A model generated the notes under the pieces. It worked only from the letters and a program-made list of their open reading frames with translations, was not told where the DNA came from and did no database searches. DNA of 64,000 nt, from IMG/VR virus record IMGVR_UViG_3300014775_001776, positions 32,001 to 96,000 of that record; one strand, given 5' to 3'. The stretch's first letter is position 1. Every line of letters begins with the position of its first letter. This DNA is from a virus. This document shows positions 47,831 through 59,614 of the stretch, piece by piece. The position numbers and the translations under genes were made by a program.

Positions 47831-50800
47831 ATGGCACAGGTAATAATCAGACTCACACTTTCTTCGAATGCAATTGGTCCATTCGATATACACACTGGTT
47901 CCACTGCAACATCACCTATAGCTTTAAATTTAACTAGAGATCAATTGATTTATGGTCAAATTGTTGAATTAGACGGATCAGAAGAGGGTACTCGATACGA
48001 TCTTTTCATAGTTAGTAAAGAAACAGATTGTGGAAACGTAATCGAAAAAGAGATTATTGTTTATGATGATGAAACTACTAGACAGAAAGACAGAGTACCA
48101 ACAGTGACACCGAGTCCTACGGTTTTACCTGAAGACTATAGCCTTTATTTATTTAACAGTGTCTGTGCGGATTTTGGAGAAACACAGACAATATTTTTGA
48201 ATATACCTGATAGTGATTCTTTCGGTGATATTGTAAGTTACAATGATGTGTGTTGGAAAAAAGTTGCGGGTCCACTAGATTTAGATTATAGACATCCAGT
48301 CATAAGTTCTTCTTACTCAGACAAAGATGCTTGTTTGACTGAAAATCCATGTGAAGATATGTATAAAACAATCCAAGCATCTAAATGTTGTGATTCTAAT
48401 TTTTCTACGACCTTAAATGTACCGTCAAAATTACAAGTTGGGCAAACATTTATTTATGAAGGTCAATGTTGGATAAACGAACAAATTTTATCAAAAACAA
48501 GTACAATTGGATTTCCAAGGGTACAAGATCAACAGTTTTATGAGGATTGTTTTTCATGTTTGTCAGTAAGACCATGTTATTTTGCCTATGAGTGTGTACC
48601 CTGTTGCGGAGATCAAACAACTGAATATTTCAATATTCCATTTACTAATTTGGATACCAACATAACACATGTTAGTTACAATAATACGTGTTATAGTGTT
48701 GTATCTCTATTTGCTAATTATGAAATTTCGACTTATCCAAGAATTGATGAAAGAAGAATTTATGATAGTTGTGCTAGTTGCAGAAACGTATTTCCATGTA
48801 TAAACTTTTATTTATTCTCAGCTAAAAAATGCTGTGATGGAAGTTCAGGAGATACCTACTTTAAATTATTAGTAAATGAATCAAACCTTGATGAAACATT
48901 CTACTTCTCTTATGAAGAAGAATGTTATTATTCAGATCAGTTTATATCAATTACTTTAAGTGACTTCGAAGGTGATAACATACCAGAGATTACTAATTTC
49001 TATACATCATGTAATACATGTCAAGGTCTTTATGGGTGTACCCCATCTCTTACACCTACATATACCCCAACTAATACAGTTCCTATTACCTATTATACTA
49101 TTGTGTGTAGTCAGGGATGTTGTGGTGATTATGAAGACTGGATTATATTCAGAATAGATTCAAATCTAGAACCCGAACAAGATAAAGTAGTTAATTTTGA
49201 GAATAGTTGTTTTGTTATAGAAAGTGTTCTTGAGTATCAAGTCCAAAGTGACTTTCCAATTGTTGAATTAATTTACGACAATTGTGATAGTTGTTCAACA
49301 TTATATCCATGTCCTACACCAACCCCCACTGTTACATTAACACAAAGCTCATCATTGAAACATGTTTATATACAAAGATGTTGTCCCGCCCAATATCAAG
49401 TACAAGTCGTAGTTCAGACAGATGAAAACGCCACAATTGGTGATATTATAGTTGTTGATGGTAAATGTCATACAATTATTGGTCTCGATGCTCCTGATAC
49501 AGGGGACTATCATCCTGTAAGTAATTATAGTCAGTGTAGTGACTGTGAAACGGATTATCCATGTCCTACGCCTACACCAACTTTACCATTAAGTCCTACA
49601 GTGACAAGAACAAATACTCCAACACCTACAAATACCTCTACATATACACAAACACCCACAGCCTCTGGGGAAGTTTTTATTGATGTGGATTTTGGTGTTG
49701 AGTATGAAACTGGATCAACGATTGCTAATTTTAGCATTTGTGCGACTACCGTAGTTACTGAAGTTACAACTATTAATTTTGATAATATCTTATACCTTGC
49801 AAGTGATCCAACTAAAACAGAAAGATTAAGTGTAAGAGTTGATATTTTAGCAGGTGAAACTGAAGGAACTGCACAAGTCACATCTACTAAAGATCTATCA
49901 CTTTTTATTCCATATCAAACTTCATATGAAAATATAAGATCTGATAGGGGTAATTCATTAAGAACAATTAACAAATATGCAAAAGTTGTATTCCCAGAAA
50001 CTGCGCCAATTACAGCAGGTTATCAATTTGCAAATTGTTGCTGGACAGACATAAAAAATGGTCCGCCTGAATTTGTTTATGCCTTTGTTGATGCTACACA
50101 AATTAATGGATGGATATCACTAGGATATGGTATAACCTATAGTGGTGAATGTTATTATCCAAGATCTTTAGGAACACCAGGTCCAACTGATATTAGTTTG
50201 GGTACTATTTGGGGTCCAGATAATAAAGGATGTACTGATGTAAACTGTGCTTGTGTTACCCCTACTCCGACTAGAACAAGTACGCCAACACCTACACCAA
50301 CTAATACTGTTACGGCAACAATTACTAAAACGCCTCAACAAACACAATCACTAACACCTTCTCCAACTAGAACTCCAGTTGCTACGGTTACAAAAACACC
50401 TGCAGTTACAACTACACCAGTCATGTCCTACAATTGCTGGACTGCATTTTCATGTTGTTCACCAGAATCACAATTAATATCACTACCAACTATTGTTTCA
50501 GGTAATACATTCTCGTCAGGTGATTATATTACACTAAGTGGTATTTGTTACCAATTAGGTACAATAGCGACTTCTGGAGTTTGTCCTGTTAATTCAAATT
50601 ATGGTAATTATGATAACTTAACGTATACTAGTTGTACAGACTGTAATTTTTCTAATCCATGTGTAACACCAACACCTACAAGAACAGTTACGCCGACTCA
50701 ATCAAATACACCTACTTATACATATACAAATACATCCACTCCTACAATAACTGCAACAGTTTCTGTGGGATCGGATATAAGTCCAACACCAACACATACA

Positions 50801-53800
50801 CCAACTATTACACCTACTAGAGATATTTCAATTGTAGATGCTCAAAGCTGTTGTAGTTCATCTGTTATAAAAGTTAACATTCCCTATGATTTACAACCAG
50901 CTAGTGGTTTGACCTCTGTGATCGGGACTGTGATTAGTTTCGATAATCAATGTTATACGATAATTACAACTGGAAGTACTGGTACCCCAGTAGGTATTAT
51001 CGATACAGATGGTTCAGGAAATTATATTACTTACTCTGGGTGTTCAGCATGTACAAACGATGAACCATGTCCTACACCTACAATCACTGTAACAAATACT
51101 AATACAACAACTAATACTCCGACTAATACACCAACTACTACAGTTACACCTACTGTTACCACTACAAATACACAAACACCAACACTTACAATGACAAAAC
51201 AGTTTGAAAAATGGATTGCAGTAAAATGTAATACAGGTGAATTATTAATAGTGGAATCTGAAAGTGGAACTACTGCTGGAAGTATTATACTTGTTGATAA
51301 TCAATGTTACACCGCAACCTACACAACTACGACTGGTGTTACTGCATCTGCGGCTACATTAACTGAGTATGTTAATTGCGATCAATGTAGGACTGAATAT
51401 CCAGATTTGTCACCAACTCCTGTGGCTTCACCTACTTCAACACCTTCATATACGCCTACATTAACATTAACTAGAACGAATACGCCAACACCATCACAGT
51501 CTAGTGGTTTTCCTATAGTTTACGCTCAAACAATTTGTTCTACAGGTACTACAAGTTTGAATAATGGACAGTTTTATGCTACCAATGAAGATCCAGAAAT
51601 TGGGCAATATGGTGAATTCGAAGGATCCTGCTACGAAATAATCTATATTTATCCAAGTGACTACGGATTCCCAGTTTATCCATTAGGTCTTGTTAATTTC
51701 CAATATAGTGGTGAATCAGAATGTAGTGACGTAAATCCATGTCCAACACCTACTCCGACCTTAACTGTGACAGTAACAAATACTATTACAAATACTATTA
51801 CAAATACTATTACCCCGACACCAACAATAACAAATACTAATACGGTTACTCAAACTATCACGTCTACTAGTGGGTTTAAATCTTACACATTAATTTCATG
51901 TTCAGCTTGTACATACCAAGTTGATTTCTATAACATGTCTGAAATATATGAAGTTAACGATGTGGTTGAGGTTAGTGGTGTTTGTTATACTATAACTGGT
52001 GAAATTTCGTATAATCCGTCTTTTGATACTGTAACTGCTACGACTTATGGTAATTGTGATTTATGTATAAGTTCTAATCCTTGTGTGACTCCTTCACCAT
52101 CTAATACACCAACTTTAACTCCTACACTAACAGTAACAACTTCTATAGGTCAAAGGTTAGCTAGAGTAATAAACTGCTGTGACCCAAGTGATGTACAATT
52201 TTACAATGTAATTAATGGTTCGACAGGAAGAACATTCAATAGTTCATATAAGTGCTGGGAAATAGTAGAGATTTACACATATCCGGCATCTGAGGTACCA
52301 GTATTTGTTGGTACATACTACAGTTCATGTACACAATGTACTACTGTACATTCAATTTGTCCGACCACCACACCGACAAATACACCAACATATACCTCAA
52401 CAAACACACCAACTCCCACAAATACCGTAACAGTTACAAATACTATTACAAATACAAATACTCTTACAAACACCAATACACCTACACATACTGTTACAAA
52501 TTCACCCACACCTTCAGTGACACCATCATTTGGGACAACACCGACTCCAACACCTGGATTAACCGTAACACCAACGGTGACTGCGACAAACACCAGTACA
52601 CCTACTCAAACTGTTACACATTCAGTTACACCTTCAGTAACACCTTCAGTCGGAACAACTTCGACTCCAACACCGGGATTAACAGTAACACCAACAGCTA
52701 CAGTCACAAATACTCCTACAAACACGAGTACACCAACTCACACAGTCACAAATTCAGTAACACCTTCAGTCGGAACAACTTCGACCCCAACCCCTAATAC
52801 AACTTCTACACCTACACCAACTATAACTACTACACCTACATTTACACTGACAAATACCGAAACCCCAACGTATACTCCATCACCTACTCCGACACTAACA
52901 ATATTTGCATCACAAACACCAACTTTGAGTCCTACACCCACCAAAACATTTGCCGGGACTCCAACGAACACTCCAACCCTAACAAATACGCCAACTGTCA
53001 CAGTCACGAATACAAATACAAATACTCCTACATATTCTAACACTGTCACACCAACAAATACTTCAACGACTACATTAACACCTACTGTAACACAGACGAT
53101 AACGAGCACGTCAGCTTTATTCACATGGTCATTGGTGGATACTTGTACAAATACCGTTTACGTATTTGCGAACCTTCCACAATATGTGAATGGTTATGAA
53201 CTTATAAGCGGTGATCAAGTAGGTCTTTCAGGTGCATGTTATACATTACAATCAAAAATTAAATATATTAGTACTGGAACTACTGCTGAGTACCCATGTA
53301 CATATATCTGTCCCTCTCCACAAAGTACATCTGGTGCTACACCAACACCAACTCCAACAATTACTAGGACACCAACTGTGACTCCAAGTGTGACAGGAAC
53401 ACAAGTTGCGACACCTACAGTAACTGCTACAGTTACAAAGACAGCAACAGTCACAGTTACGAATACAATAACTAGGACGCATACTAGTACTCCTACAGTT
53501 ACAAGTACTACAGGTGCAACACCAACACCAACATTGTCGAACACAATGACAAATACACCAACAATTACTAAAACTGCTGGACCATTCCCAGTCACACCTT
53601 CTAATACTCCAACAACATCTGTGACACCGACATTATCACCTACAGGTCAATTTAAAGATGTAATAGCTTCTGGATCGTGTGAGGTTAGTGGTATTATAGC
53701 AGTTAATGTTCCACACTACGTCCTAATCGGTGAAATTATTACAGTTGAGGTCCCATATCAAGGTTATGTGGTAAATCAATGTTACCAAGTAATACAAGAG

Positions 53801-56503
53801 ATCCCTGCAGGTGCTACTTTGATCGGTGAAACAACTACATACTCATCAGTTCAAGAATGTATTTCAAATAACAATCCATGTGCTGGTTTATTACCTAGTT
53901 CTACACCTTCAGTCACTAATACACCTACATATACAAACACACCTACATATACAAATACACCTACTTTGACATCTAACTTCAGAAGAGCTGCGTTTATGTC
54001 ATTATGTTGTCCAAGTAGTGGTAGTTCGGAAATCACATATTTCAATATAAGTGCAAATATAATATCAGGTATTTTCTTCTACAATGGAACTTGTTATACA
54101 CTAATACCAGATGATTATGGTCAATTTAGTGGTACGACAGATACTTCTTTACCTTACTTGACTGATTATTATGAAAGTTGTTACGAATGTTCTGCAAGTA
54201 ATACTGTAATTTGTGGTACACCGCCAGTAACACCTACTAATACCTTGACACCGACAAATACGCCAACACATACTATAACCAGAACAATAAATGCTACACC
54301 AACACCATCATTTACACAAACTCAGACGGGTACATTATTAGTTACATCAACACCATCTGGGTCTGCAGGTTTAATTGATATTCGGGTTAGTGGGGTTTGT
54401 TCTGGAGATATATATGATGCATTATCAACAGTACCAGTATTTTTCGGACAAGTCGGTGTGTTTAATGGAGAATGTGCCACAGTTGTTGGTATAGGGGTTG
54501 GTAATGGAACCGAAGTATTTACCGCAACTTATTTGACTGGAGACACTATTAATAATTGTCTAAGTGATAATACTTGTCCAACACCAACACCACAAATTAC
54601 TTATACACCAACGACAACACCAACTTTAACAAAAACATTAGCGGCAACAAGTGCTCCAAGATATTCCTACAATTATTACTTATGTCAATCATGTACTAAT
54701 GAGACACAATTTAGATACTTTAATGTTAGAAGTGATTTCCCTGAAGGAGGTGTTGTATTTGACGTTGAGACAAATAATTGTTTCCAGAGAGTTGAACAAT
54801 TAGATCCACCAAAAGACAATAATGCTCCTCAGATTAACTCATTCTTTGTTGATTGTGAGACGTGTTTTGCAAGTAGAGGTAAGTCACTACCAACACCGAC
54901 TGTTACTCCACAAGTTACAACTACAGCTACACCAACGGGTAGTCCAACATATAGATTAAGGTTAGCACAAAGTTGTTGTACTGATTCTTATGAATACTTC
55001 AACGCACCTGAGAACTTACCAGTAGGTCAAATTGTTACTGTTAATGATGAGTGTTATACGTTGTTTGAGAGTTTACCAGTAGGTCCGTTCTTTGGATATC
55101 AGTATGTGACAGTTGAAAATTTCCAAGATTGTGAAACTTGTACCCAAAATAAATCTTGCTATTCCTTATTCTTAATTAGAAGATGTAACGATTCAACAAT
55201 TTATGATGTGGTAAACATTTATAAAGGCAATGAAGTTCCATTCTCGATAATTTATGATAATGAATGTTGGGATGTATTGACAAAATTAAGTGATACTGAA
55301 AATTCAGATTACGAATATGCCACTATTGGTTTAGAATATGATAGTTGTGAGTTATGTTCAGACGATCTTACAAACTATTTAAATTCTATTGGAGCTTCGA
55401 TGACACCAACACCAAATGTCACACCAACAATTACACCAACAATACCACAGGCTAAGAGTTTACCAGAAAATACAGTCTGTCTGACTCAAAATACACCAGT
55501 GACTGTTGAATCAGGAAGTAATGGTTTTGAATATGTATTTGGAAATGGTAACTATGGAAAACAATATGCGGTCAATACTGGAACTTATATATTCCAGAAC
55601 GTACCAATAGATAATCCGATTACATTCTTAAATAGATTTGTGACTGGAACAACTGTTACAGGACAATATTTAAAAGGTACCAAAATTGCTAGTGATGGTA
55701 ATGTTTATGAATTCTTCTATGGTGATGTGACATTGACTGTTGAACAAGAATTTATTTCTATGAGTTATGAATCATGGGATCAAGGTTATTTAGGAGGACT
55801 AAATAATGTTATATTCGATCCAACATGTTCAGATGGAATAGATTCGGATATGATAATATTTTATGTATGGGAAGATGGGATAGTCGCAAGGAAAAATGGG
55901 TTACCAGTCTTCAAAGAAATTGAAGATGTAATTAAGTTCTCTAACAAAAATAATTTTGACGGATATCATCTAGTTAAGTATGATTTACTAGGTTATAATT
56001 TTGAAAAACCGGATGAATTACAAATACTCGTTGAAGATAAAATAGGTTATTCACCAGGAAGTAATGAAAGAGCAGGATCGGAATTTGAAAGATTGGAGTT
56101 GAGATATGCTTTAAGATTAAGTGACCTTGTTAATAACACTAAAAATGTGAGAACCAAGACTGATTTCTATGGTCAAACATACTTACTTCAAGGAGATACA
56201 TTATATGAAGGTATTGACAGACAAACTAATTCTACTGATTCTTACTACGTTGAGCAATATGGTAGATATTTCTATATAAGTGATTGTGGATTAGTAAATT
56301 TACCAGAAGATGATGTAAATGATCTTTTCCCAGAAGCTGGTGGATTTAAGCGTTGTACTTGTGAAGTCAGAAGACCAGATTATTGCGGAGAAGAAGGAGT
56401 ATATATCCAAAGTTCGATAACGATTAGATGTTGGAGACCAATTCCATGTCCTGTTTGTTGTACCGCATTTTCAATTGGAAACGGAGGAAAACAAATTGTT
56501 TAA
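47831..56503 (+). CDS. Giant mucin-like putative virion fibre, about 2890 aa: about 20 Cys-rich modules on Thr/Pro stalks
   Basis: ATG 47831 (MAQVIIRLT) aligns with the start of the 41905 paralogue, so the track TTG at 47828 is unlikely. Repeated CC...CY...CxxC...PC-PTPTPT units. Confidence 0.8.
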   Translation: MAQVIIRLTLSSNAIGPFDIHTGSTATSPIALNLTRDQLIYGQIVELDGSEEGTRYDLFIVSKETDCGNVIEKEIIVYDDETTRQKDRVPTVTPSPTVLPEDYSLYLFNSVCADFGETQTIFLNIPDSDSFGDIVSYNDVCWKKVAGPLDLDYRHPVISSSYSDKDACLTENPCEDMYKTIQASKCCDSNFSTTLNVPSKLQVGQTFIYEGQCWINEQILSKTSTIGFPRVQDQQFYEDCFSCLSVRPCYFAYECVPCCGDQTTEYFNIPFTNLDTNITHVSYNNTCYSVVSLFANYEISTYPRIDERRIYDSCASCRNVFPCINFYLFSAKKCCDGSSGDTYFKLLVNESNLDETFYFSYEEECYYSDQFISITLSDFEGDNIPEITNFYTSCNTCQGLYGCTPSLTPTYTPTNTVPITYYTIVCSQGCCGDYEDWIIFRIDSNLEPEQDKVVNFENSCFVIESVLEYQVQSDFPIVELIYDNCDSCSTLYPCPTPTPTVTLTQSSSLKHVYIQRCCPAQYQVQVVVQTDENATIGDIIVVDGKCHTIIGLDAPDTGDYHPVSNYSQCSDCETDYPCPTPTPTLPLSPTVTRTNTPTPTNTSTYTQTPTASGEVFIDVDFGVEYETGSTIANFSICATTVVTEVTTINFDNILYLASDPTKTERLSVRVDILAGETEGTAQVTSTKDLSLFIPYQTSYENIRSDRGNSLRTINKYAKVVFPETAPITAGYQFANCCWTDIKNGPPEFVYAFVDATQINGWISLGYGITYSGECYYPRSLGTPGPTDISLGTIWGPDNKGCTDVNCACVTPTPTRTSTPTPTPTNTVTATITKTPQQTQSLTPSPTRTPVATVTKTPAVTTTPVMSYNCWTAFSCCSPESQLISLPTIVSGNTFSSGDYITLSGICYQLGTIATSGVCPVNSNYGNYDNLTYTSCTDCNFSNPCVTPTPTRTVTPTQSNTPTYTYTNTSTPTITATVSVGSDISPTPTHTPTITPTRDISIVDAQSCCSSSVIKVNIPYDLQPASGLTSVIGTVISFDNQCYTIITTGSTGTPVGIIDTDGSGNYITYSGCSACTNDEPCPTPTITVTNTNTTTNTPTNTPTTTVTPTVTTTNTQTPTLTMTKQFEKWIAVKCNTGELLIVESESGTTAGSIILVDNQCYTATYTTTTGVTASAATLTEYVNCDQCRTEYPDLSPTPVASPTSTPSYTPTLTLTRTNTPTPSQSSGFPIVYAQTICSTGTTSLNNGQFYATNEDPEIGQYGEFEGSCYEIIYIYPSDYGFPVYPLGLVNFQYSGESECSDVNPCPTPTPTLTVTVTNTITNTITNTITPTPTITNTNTVTQTITSTSGFKSYTLISCSACTYQVDFYNMSEIYEVNDVVEVSGVCYTITGEISYNPSFDTVTATTYGNCDLCISSNPCVTPSPSNTPTLTPTLTVTTSIGQRLARVINCCDPSDVQFYNVINGSTGRTFNSSYKCWEIVEIYTYPASEVPVFVGTYYSSCTQCTTVHSICPTTTPTNTPTYTSTNTPTPTNTVTVTNTITNTNTLTNTNTPTHTVTNSPTPSVTPSFGTTPTPTPGLTVTPTVTATNTSTPTQTVTHSVTPSVTPSVGTTSTPTPGLTVTPTATVTNTPTNTSTPTHTVTNSVTPSVGTTSTPTPNTTSTPTPTITTTPTFTLTNTETPTYTPSPTPTLTIFASQTPTLSPTPTKTFAGTPTNTPTLTNTPTVTVTNTNTNTPTYSNTVTPTNTSTTTLTPTVTQTITSTSALFTWSLVDTCTNTVYVFANLPQYVNGYELISGDQVGLSGACYTLQSKIKYISTGTTAEYPCTYICPSPQSTSGATPTPTPTITRTPTVTPSVTGTQVATPTVTATVTKTATVTVTNTITRTHTSTPTVTSTTGATPTPTLSNTMTNTPTITKTAGPFPVTPSNTPTTSVTPTLSPTGQFKDVIASGSCEVSGIIAVNVPHYVLIGEIITVEVPYQGYVVNQCYQVIQEIPAGATLIGETTTYSSVQECISNNNPCAGLLPSSTPSVTNTPTYTNTPTYTNTPTLTSNFRRAAFMSLCCPSSGSSEITYFNISANIISGIFFYNGTCYTLIPDDYGQFSGTTDTSLPYLTDYYESCYECSASNTVICGTPPVTPTNTLTPTNTPTHTITRTINATPTPSFTQTQTGTLLVTSTPSGSAGLIDIRVSGVCSGDIYDALSTVPVFFGQVGVFNGECATVVGIGVGNGTEVFTATYLTGDTINNCLSDNTCPTPTPQITYTPTTTPTLTKTLAATSAPRYSYNYYLCQSCTNETQFRYFNVRSDFPEGGVVFDVETNNCFQRVEQLDPPKDNNAPQINSFFVDCETCFASRGKSLPTPTVTPQVTTTATPTGSPTYRLRLAQSCCTDSYEYFNAPENLPVGQIVTVNDECYTLFESLPVGPFFGYQYVTVENFQDCETCTQNKSCYSLFLIRRCNDSTIYDVVNIYKGNEVPFSIIYDNECWDVLTKLSDTENSDYEYATIGLEYDSCELCSDDLTNYLNSIGASMTPTPNVTPTITPTIPQAKSLPENTVCLTQNTPVTVESGSNGFEYVFGNGNYGKQYAVNTGTYIFQNVPIDNPITFLNRFVTGTTVTGQYLKGTKIASDGNVYEFFYGDVTLTVEQEFISMSYESWDQGYLGGLNNVIFDPTCSDGIDSDMIIFYVWEDGIVARKNGLPVFKEIEDVIKFSNKNNFDGYHLVKYDLLGYNFEKPDELQILVEDKIGYSPGSNERAGSEFERLELRYALRLSDLVNNTKNVRTKTDFYGQTYLLQGDTLYEGIDRQTNSTDSYYVEQYGRYFYISDCGLVNLPEDDVNDLFPEAGGFKRCTCEVRRPDYCGEEGVYIQSSITIRCWRPIPCPVCCTAFSIGNGGKQIV
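51776..51811 (+). repeat. Perfect 12-nt tandem repeat x3 (TNTI)
   Basis: ACAAATACTATT three times. Confidence 0.85.
52501..52800 (+). repeat. Imperfect 120-nt (40 aa) tandem repeat, about 2.5-3 copies
   Basis: TTCAGTAACACCTTCAGTCGGAACAACTTCGAC is identical at 52633-52665 and 52753-52785; a diverged copy lies 120 nt earlier ([21 protein letters not shown]). Confidence 0.75.
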
Positions 56504-56571
56504 TTAAGATCAAAAAAAACTTTACAATTTAATTTATTATCCGAAATTTTTTCTAAGTAAAATTTAAAAAG

Positions 56572-57840
56572 ATGCCTAGAAAAAAAGAAACAATATTTGT
56601 TCAGATTGCATCATACAGAGATCCAGAACTAGTAAATACTCTGGAAAGTATGATAAAAAACGCTAAAAGACCAAAGAATTTGGTAATTGGTATTTGTAGA
56701 CAATATCATCCAGAAGATGGATTTGATAACTTAGATAAGTGGAAAGATGATAAAAGATTTAGAGTAATCGATGTACCTTATACTGAAAGTAAGGGAGTTT
56801 GTTGGGCAAGACACCAAGTCCAACAAGTTTATAGTGGTGAGACCTATACACTACAGATTGATTCACATATGAGATTTGAAAAAGATTGGGATGTTGAGAT
56901 GATAGGTATGGTAAAGCAATTACAAAAAATGGGAATACCAAAACCATTATTGACATCATATGTTTCTTCTTTTGATCCAGAAAATGATCCACAAGCAAGG
57001 GTTACAGAACCATGGAGAATGGCTTTTGATAGATTTATACCTGAAGGTGCGGTATTCTTCTTACCAGAAACAATACCCAATTGGAAAGAATTAGATACCC
57101 CAGTTCCATCTCGTTTCTATTCTGCCCACTATGCGTTTACGTTAGGAGAATTTTCAACAGAGGTACAACACAACCCTGAATATTATTTCCACGGTGAAGA
57201 AATTTCAATTGCTGCTAGAGCATATACTTGGGGTTATGATTTATTCCACCCACACAAAGTTTTAATTTGGCACGAATATACTAGAAAAGGTAGGACAAAA
57301 CAATGGGATGATGATAAAAAGTGGGTAGATCGTAATAAGCATTCGCATCTTACAAATAGAAAATTATTCGGAATGGATGGTGAAATCCAAGAGGGTCACG
57401 ATGGTAAGTATGGTTTTGGACCTGTGAGAACTTTAGAAGAATACGAAGAATATAGTGGATTACATTTTCAGAAAAGAGGAATACAACAATATACATTAGA
57501 TAAAAACTACCCACCAAACCCAGGAATCGATACATTCGAAAATAAAGAGGCTTGGTTAGATAGTTTTGCAACAATCTACAAGCACTGTATTGATGTTGGT
57601 TATGATTCTGTACCTGAAAAAGATTATGAATTCTGGGTGGTTGCTTTCCACGATAAAGAAGATAATACAATTTTCAGAAAAGATGCGGATAAGGGTGAAA
57701 TTGATAGAATGATGAGAGATCCTGATGGTTATTGTAAAATTTGGAGAGAATTTAATATTACTGAGAAACCAGCATATTGGGTTGTTTGGCCATACTCAAC
57801 TGAAAAAGGATGGTGTGAAAGATTAACAGGTAATCTTTAA
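56572..57840 (+). CDS. GT60-family (Pfam 'GlcNAc') UDP-GlcNAc:polypeptide/hydroxyproline GlcNAc-transferase homologue with an extra C-terminal domain
   Basis: TIFVQIASYRDPEL, GICRQ, SKGVCWAR, YTLQIDSHMRFEKDWD (DxH metal motif), FHGEEISIAARAYTWGYDLF: the motif set of Dictyostelium Gnt1/Gnt2-type GT60 enzymes. Confidence 0.8.
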   Translation: MPRKKETIFVQIASYRDPELVNTLESMIKNAKRPKNLVIGICRQYHPEDGFDNLDKWKDDKRFRVIDVPYTESKGVCWARHQVQQVYSGETYTLQIDSHMRFEKDWDVEMIGMVKQLQKMGIPKPLLTSYVSSFDPENDPQARVTEPWRMAFDRFIPEGAVFFLPETIPNWKELDTPVPSRFYSAHYAFTLGEFSTEVQHNPEYYFHGEEISIAARAYTWGYDLFHPHKVLIWHEYTRKGRTKQWDDDKKWVDRNKHSHLTNRKLFGMDGEIQEGHDGKYGFGPVRTLEEYEEYSGLHFQKRGIQQYTLDKNYPPNPGIDTFENKEAWLDSFATIYKHCIDVGYDSVPEKDYEFWVVAFHDKEDNTIFRKDADKGEIDRMMRDPDGYCKIWREFNITEKPAYWVVWPYSTEKGWCERLTGNL

Positions 57841-57861
57841 ACTAAATTATAATTCTACTAA

Positions 57862-59568
57862 ATGACTACACCTACTAAAAATGAAAAGAGTAAAGTAACA
57901 ATTGTTACAGGAATATGGGATATTAAAAGAGAGGAGTTAACGGAAGGTTGGTCCAGATCATATGAGCATTATATCCAGAAGTTTAAACAACTTCTGGATA
58001 TGCCATATAATATGATAATTTTTGGAGAAAAAGATTTGAAAGAGATTGTTTTCGAAAATAATTATAGAGATCAATCAAATACACAATTCATTCAAAGAGA
58101 TCAAGAATGGTTTAAAAATCATTTTTATGAACAAATACAAGAGATCAGAAATAATGAATCGTGGAAAAATCAAGCAGGGTGGTTAGCAGATTCTACACAA
58201 AGTAGATTAGAAATGTATAATCCACTAGTTATGTCAAAACCATTTTTGTTGAATGATGCTAGAATTTTTGATAAATTTGATTCTGAACAATTGTTTTGGT
58301 TAGATGGTGGAATTACTAATACTGTACATTCTGGGTATTTTACACATGATAAAGTACTCGATAACTTAGAATTCCATGACAAAATATCATTTTTAGCATT
58401 TCCATATGTTGCAGATAAAGAAATACACGGATTTGATTACGAAGAGTTATGTAGGTTATCTGGTGCAAAAGTAGACAAGGTATGTAGAGGTGGATTCTTC
58501 GGAGGATCGAAAACAGCTATCGAAAAGTTCAGTAGTCAATACTACGGTTTAATGAGTTCCACACTTCATAGTGGATTTATGGGTACTGAAGAATCACTAT
58601 TCTCAATTCTTTTATATCAAGATACTGAAAATTATCAATACTATTCAATAAATGGAAACGGACTAGTTTCTAAATTCTTTGAAGATCTTAAGAATAAAAC
58701 AAATGAAGTAAAAAAAGAAAAGACAAGAATAAGAGGTAGTAAGTCGAAATTAGATGTAAATAATGTTGCGGTTTATATTTTAACTTTCAACAGTCCGAAA
58801 CAATTAGAAACTTTATTTAGGTCTATGTTATACTATGATAATGACTTCCTAAGTAAACCTGATATTATTGTAATTGATAATTCTGTTGATGCAAGTACAT
58901 ACGATGAATATACAAGGATATGTCAAGATAATAATGCAACACACGTTAAAATGGAAGAAAACTTGGGGGTGTGTGGAGGAAGACAGTATGTTGCAGAGCA
59001 CGCTGCGAAAGCAGATTATGACTATTATTATTTCTTTGAAGATGATATGTTCTTCTATCCAAAAGAGGGTGAGGTTTGTAAGAATGGTTTTAACAGATAC
59101 GTAAAAGGTTTATACAGAAAATCATTACAGATTGCTAAGAAAAATAATTTTGATTTCTTGAAACTCTCTTTCTCTGAGTTTTATGGTGATAACAGAACAC
59201 AATGGGCGTGGTATAACGTACCACAATCATTCCGTGAAGAACATTGGCCAGAAAAACCAATTTTACCTGTTCAAGGTTTAGACCCAAATGCTCCAAAAAC
59301 GGCAATCACTAAAATTGATTGTTTCGAGGGTATACCATTTGCTCACGGTGAGATTTACTATTGTAACTGGCCTCAGGTGGTTTCAAAATATGGTAATAGA
59401 AAAATGTTCTTAACTGAGAAATGGGTACGTCCATTCGAACAAACATGGATGTCTTATATGTTCCAAGAAACAATTAAAGGTAACATATATCCAGGTATTC
59501 TTTTATTGAGTCCTACAGAGCACGATAGATTTGACCATTATGATGGAAATTTGAGGAAGGAATCCTGA
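57862..59568 (+). CDS. Two-domain glycosyltransferase: N-terminal HtrL/YibB-like, C-terminal GT2-like (GT-A)
   Basis: N: VTIVTGIWDIKRE...RSYEHY...YNPLVMSKPF...FWLDGG...GGFFGG...GTEE. C: VYILTFNSPKQL...IVIDNS...ENLGVCGGR...YYFFEDD. Confidence 0.72.
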   Translation: MTTPTKNEKSKVTIVTGIWDIKREELTEGWSRSYEHYIQKFKQLLDMPYNMIIFGEKDLKEIVFENNYRDQSNTQFIQRDQEWFKNHFYEQIQEIRNNESWKNQAGWLADSTQSRLEMYNPLVMSKPFLLNDARIFDKFDSEQLFWLDGGITNTVHSGYFTHDKVLDNLEFHDKISFLAFPYVADKEIHGFDYEELCRLSGAKVDKVCRGGFFGGSKTAIEKFSSQYYGLMSSTLHSGFMGTEESLFSILLYQDTENYQYYSINGNGLVSKFFEDLKNKTNEVKKEKTRIRGSKSKLDVNNVAVYILTFNSPKQLETLFRSMLYYDNDFLSKPDIIVIDNSVDASTYDEYTRICQDNNATHVKMEENLGVCGGRQYVAEHAAKADYDYYYFFEDDMFFYPKEGEVCKNGFNRYVKGLYRKSLQIAKKNNFDFLKLSFSEFYGDNRTQWAWYNVPQSFREEHWPEKPILPVQGLDPNAPKTAITKIDCFEGIPFAHGEIYYCNWPQVVSKYGNRKMFLTEKWVRPFEQTWMSYMFQETIKGNIYPGILLLSPTEHDRFDHYDGNLRKES

Positions 59569-59588
59569 TACAAAAGGGTCTAACCGAT

Positions 59589-59595
59589 TATTTAT
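59589..59595 (+). promoter_or_regulatory. TATTTAT putative late promoter
   Basis: 19 nt before ATG 59615. Confidence 0.55.
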
Positions 59596-59614
59596 AGGTT
59601 AAGTGTATCTTTAA

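Noticed and set aside
25409-56503. Bacterial secreted adhesins (T9SS cargo) or a eukaryotic mucin locus
   Set aside because: No signal peptides, no recognisable T9SS C-terminal domain, no introns; genes are contiguous with phage baseplate genes and share their upstream motif.
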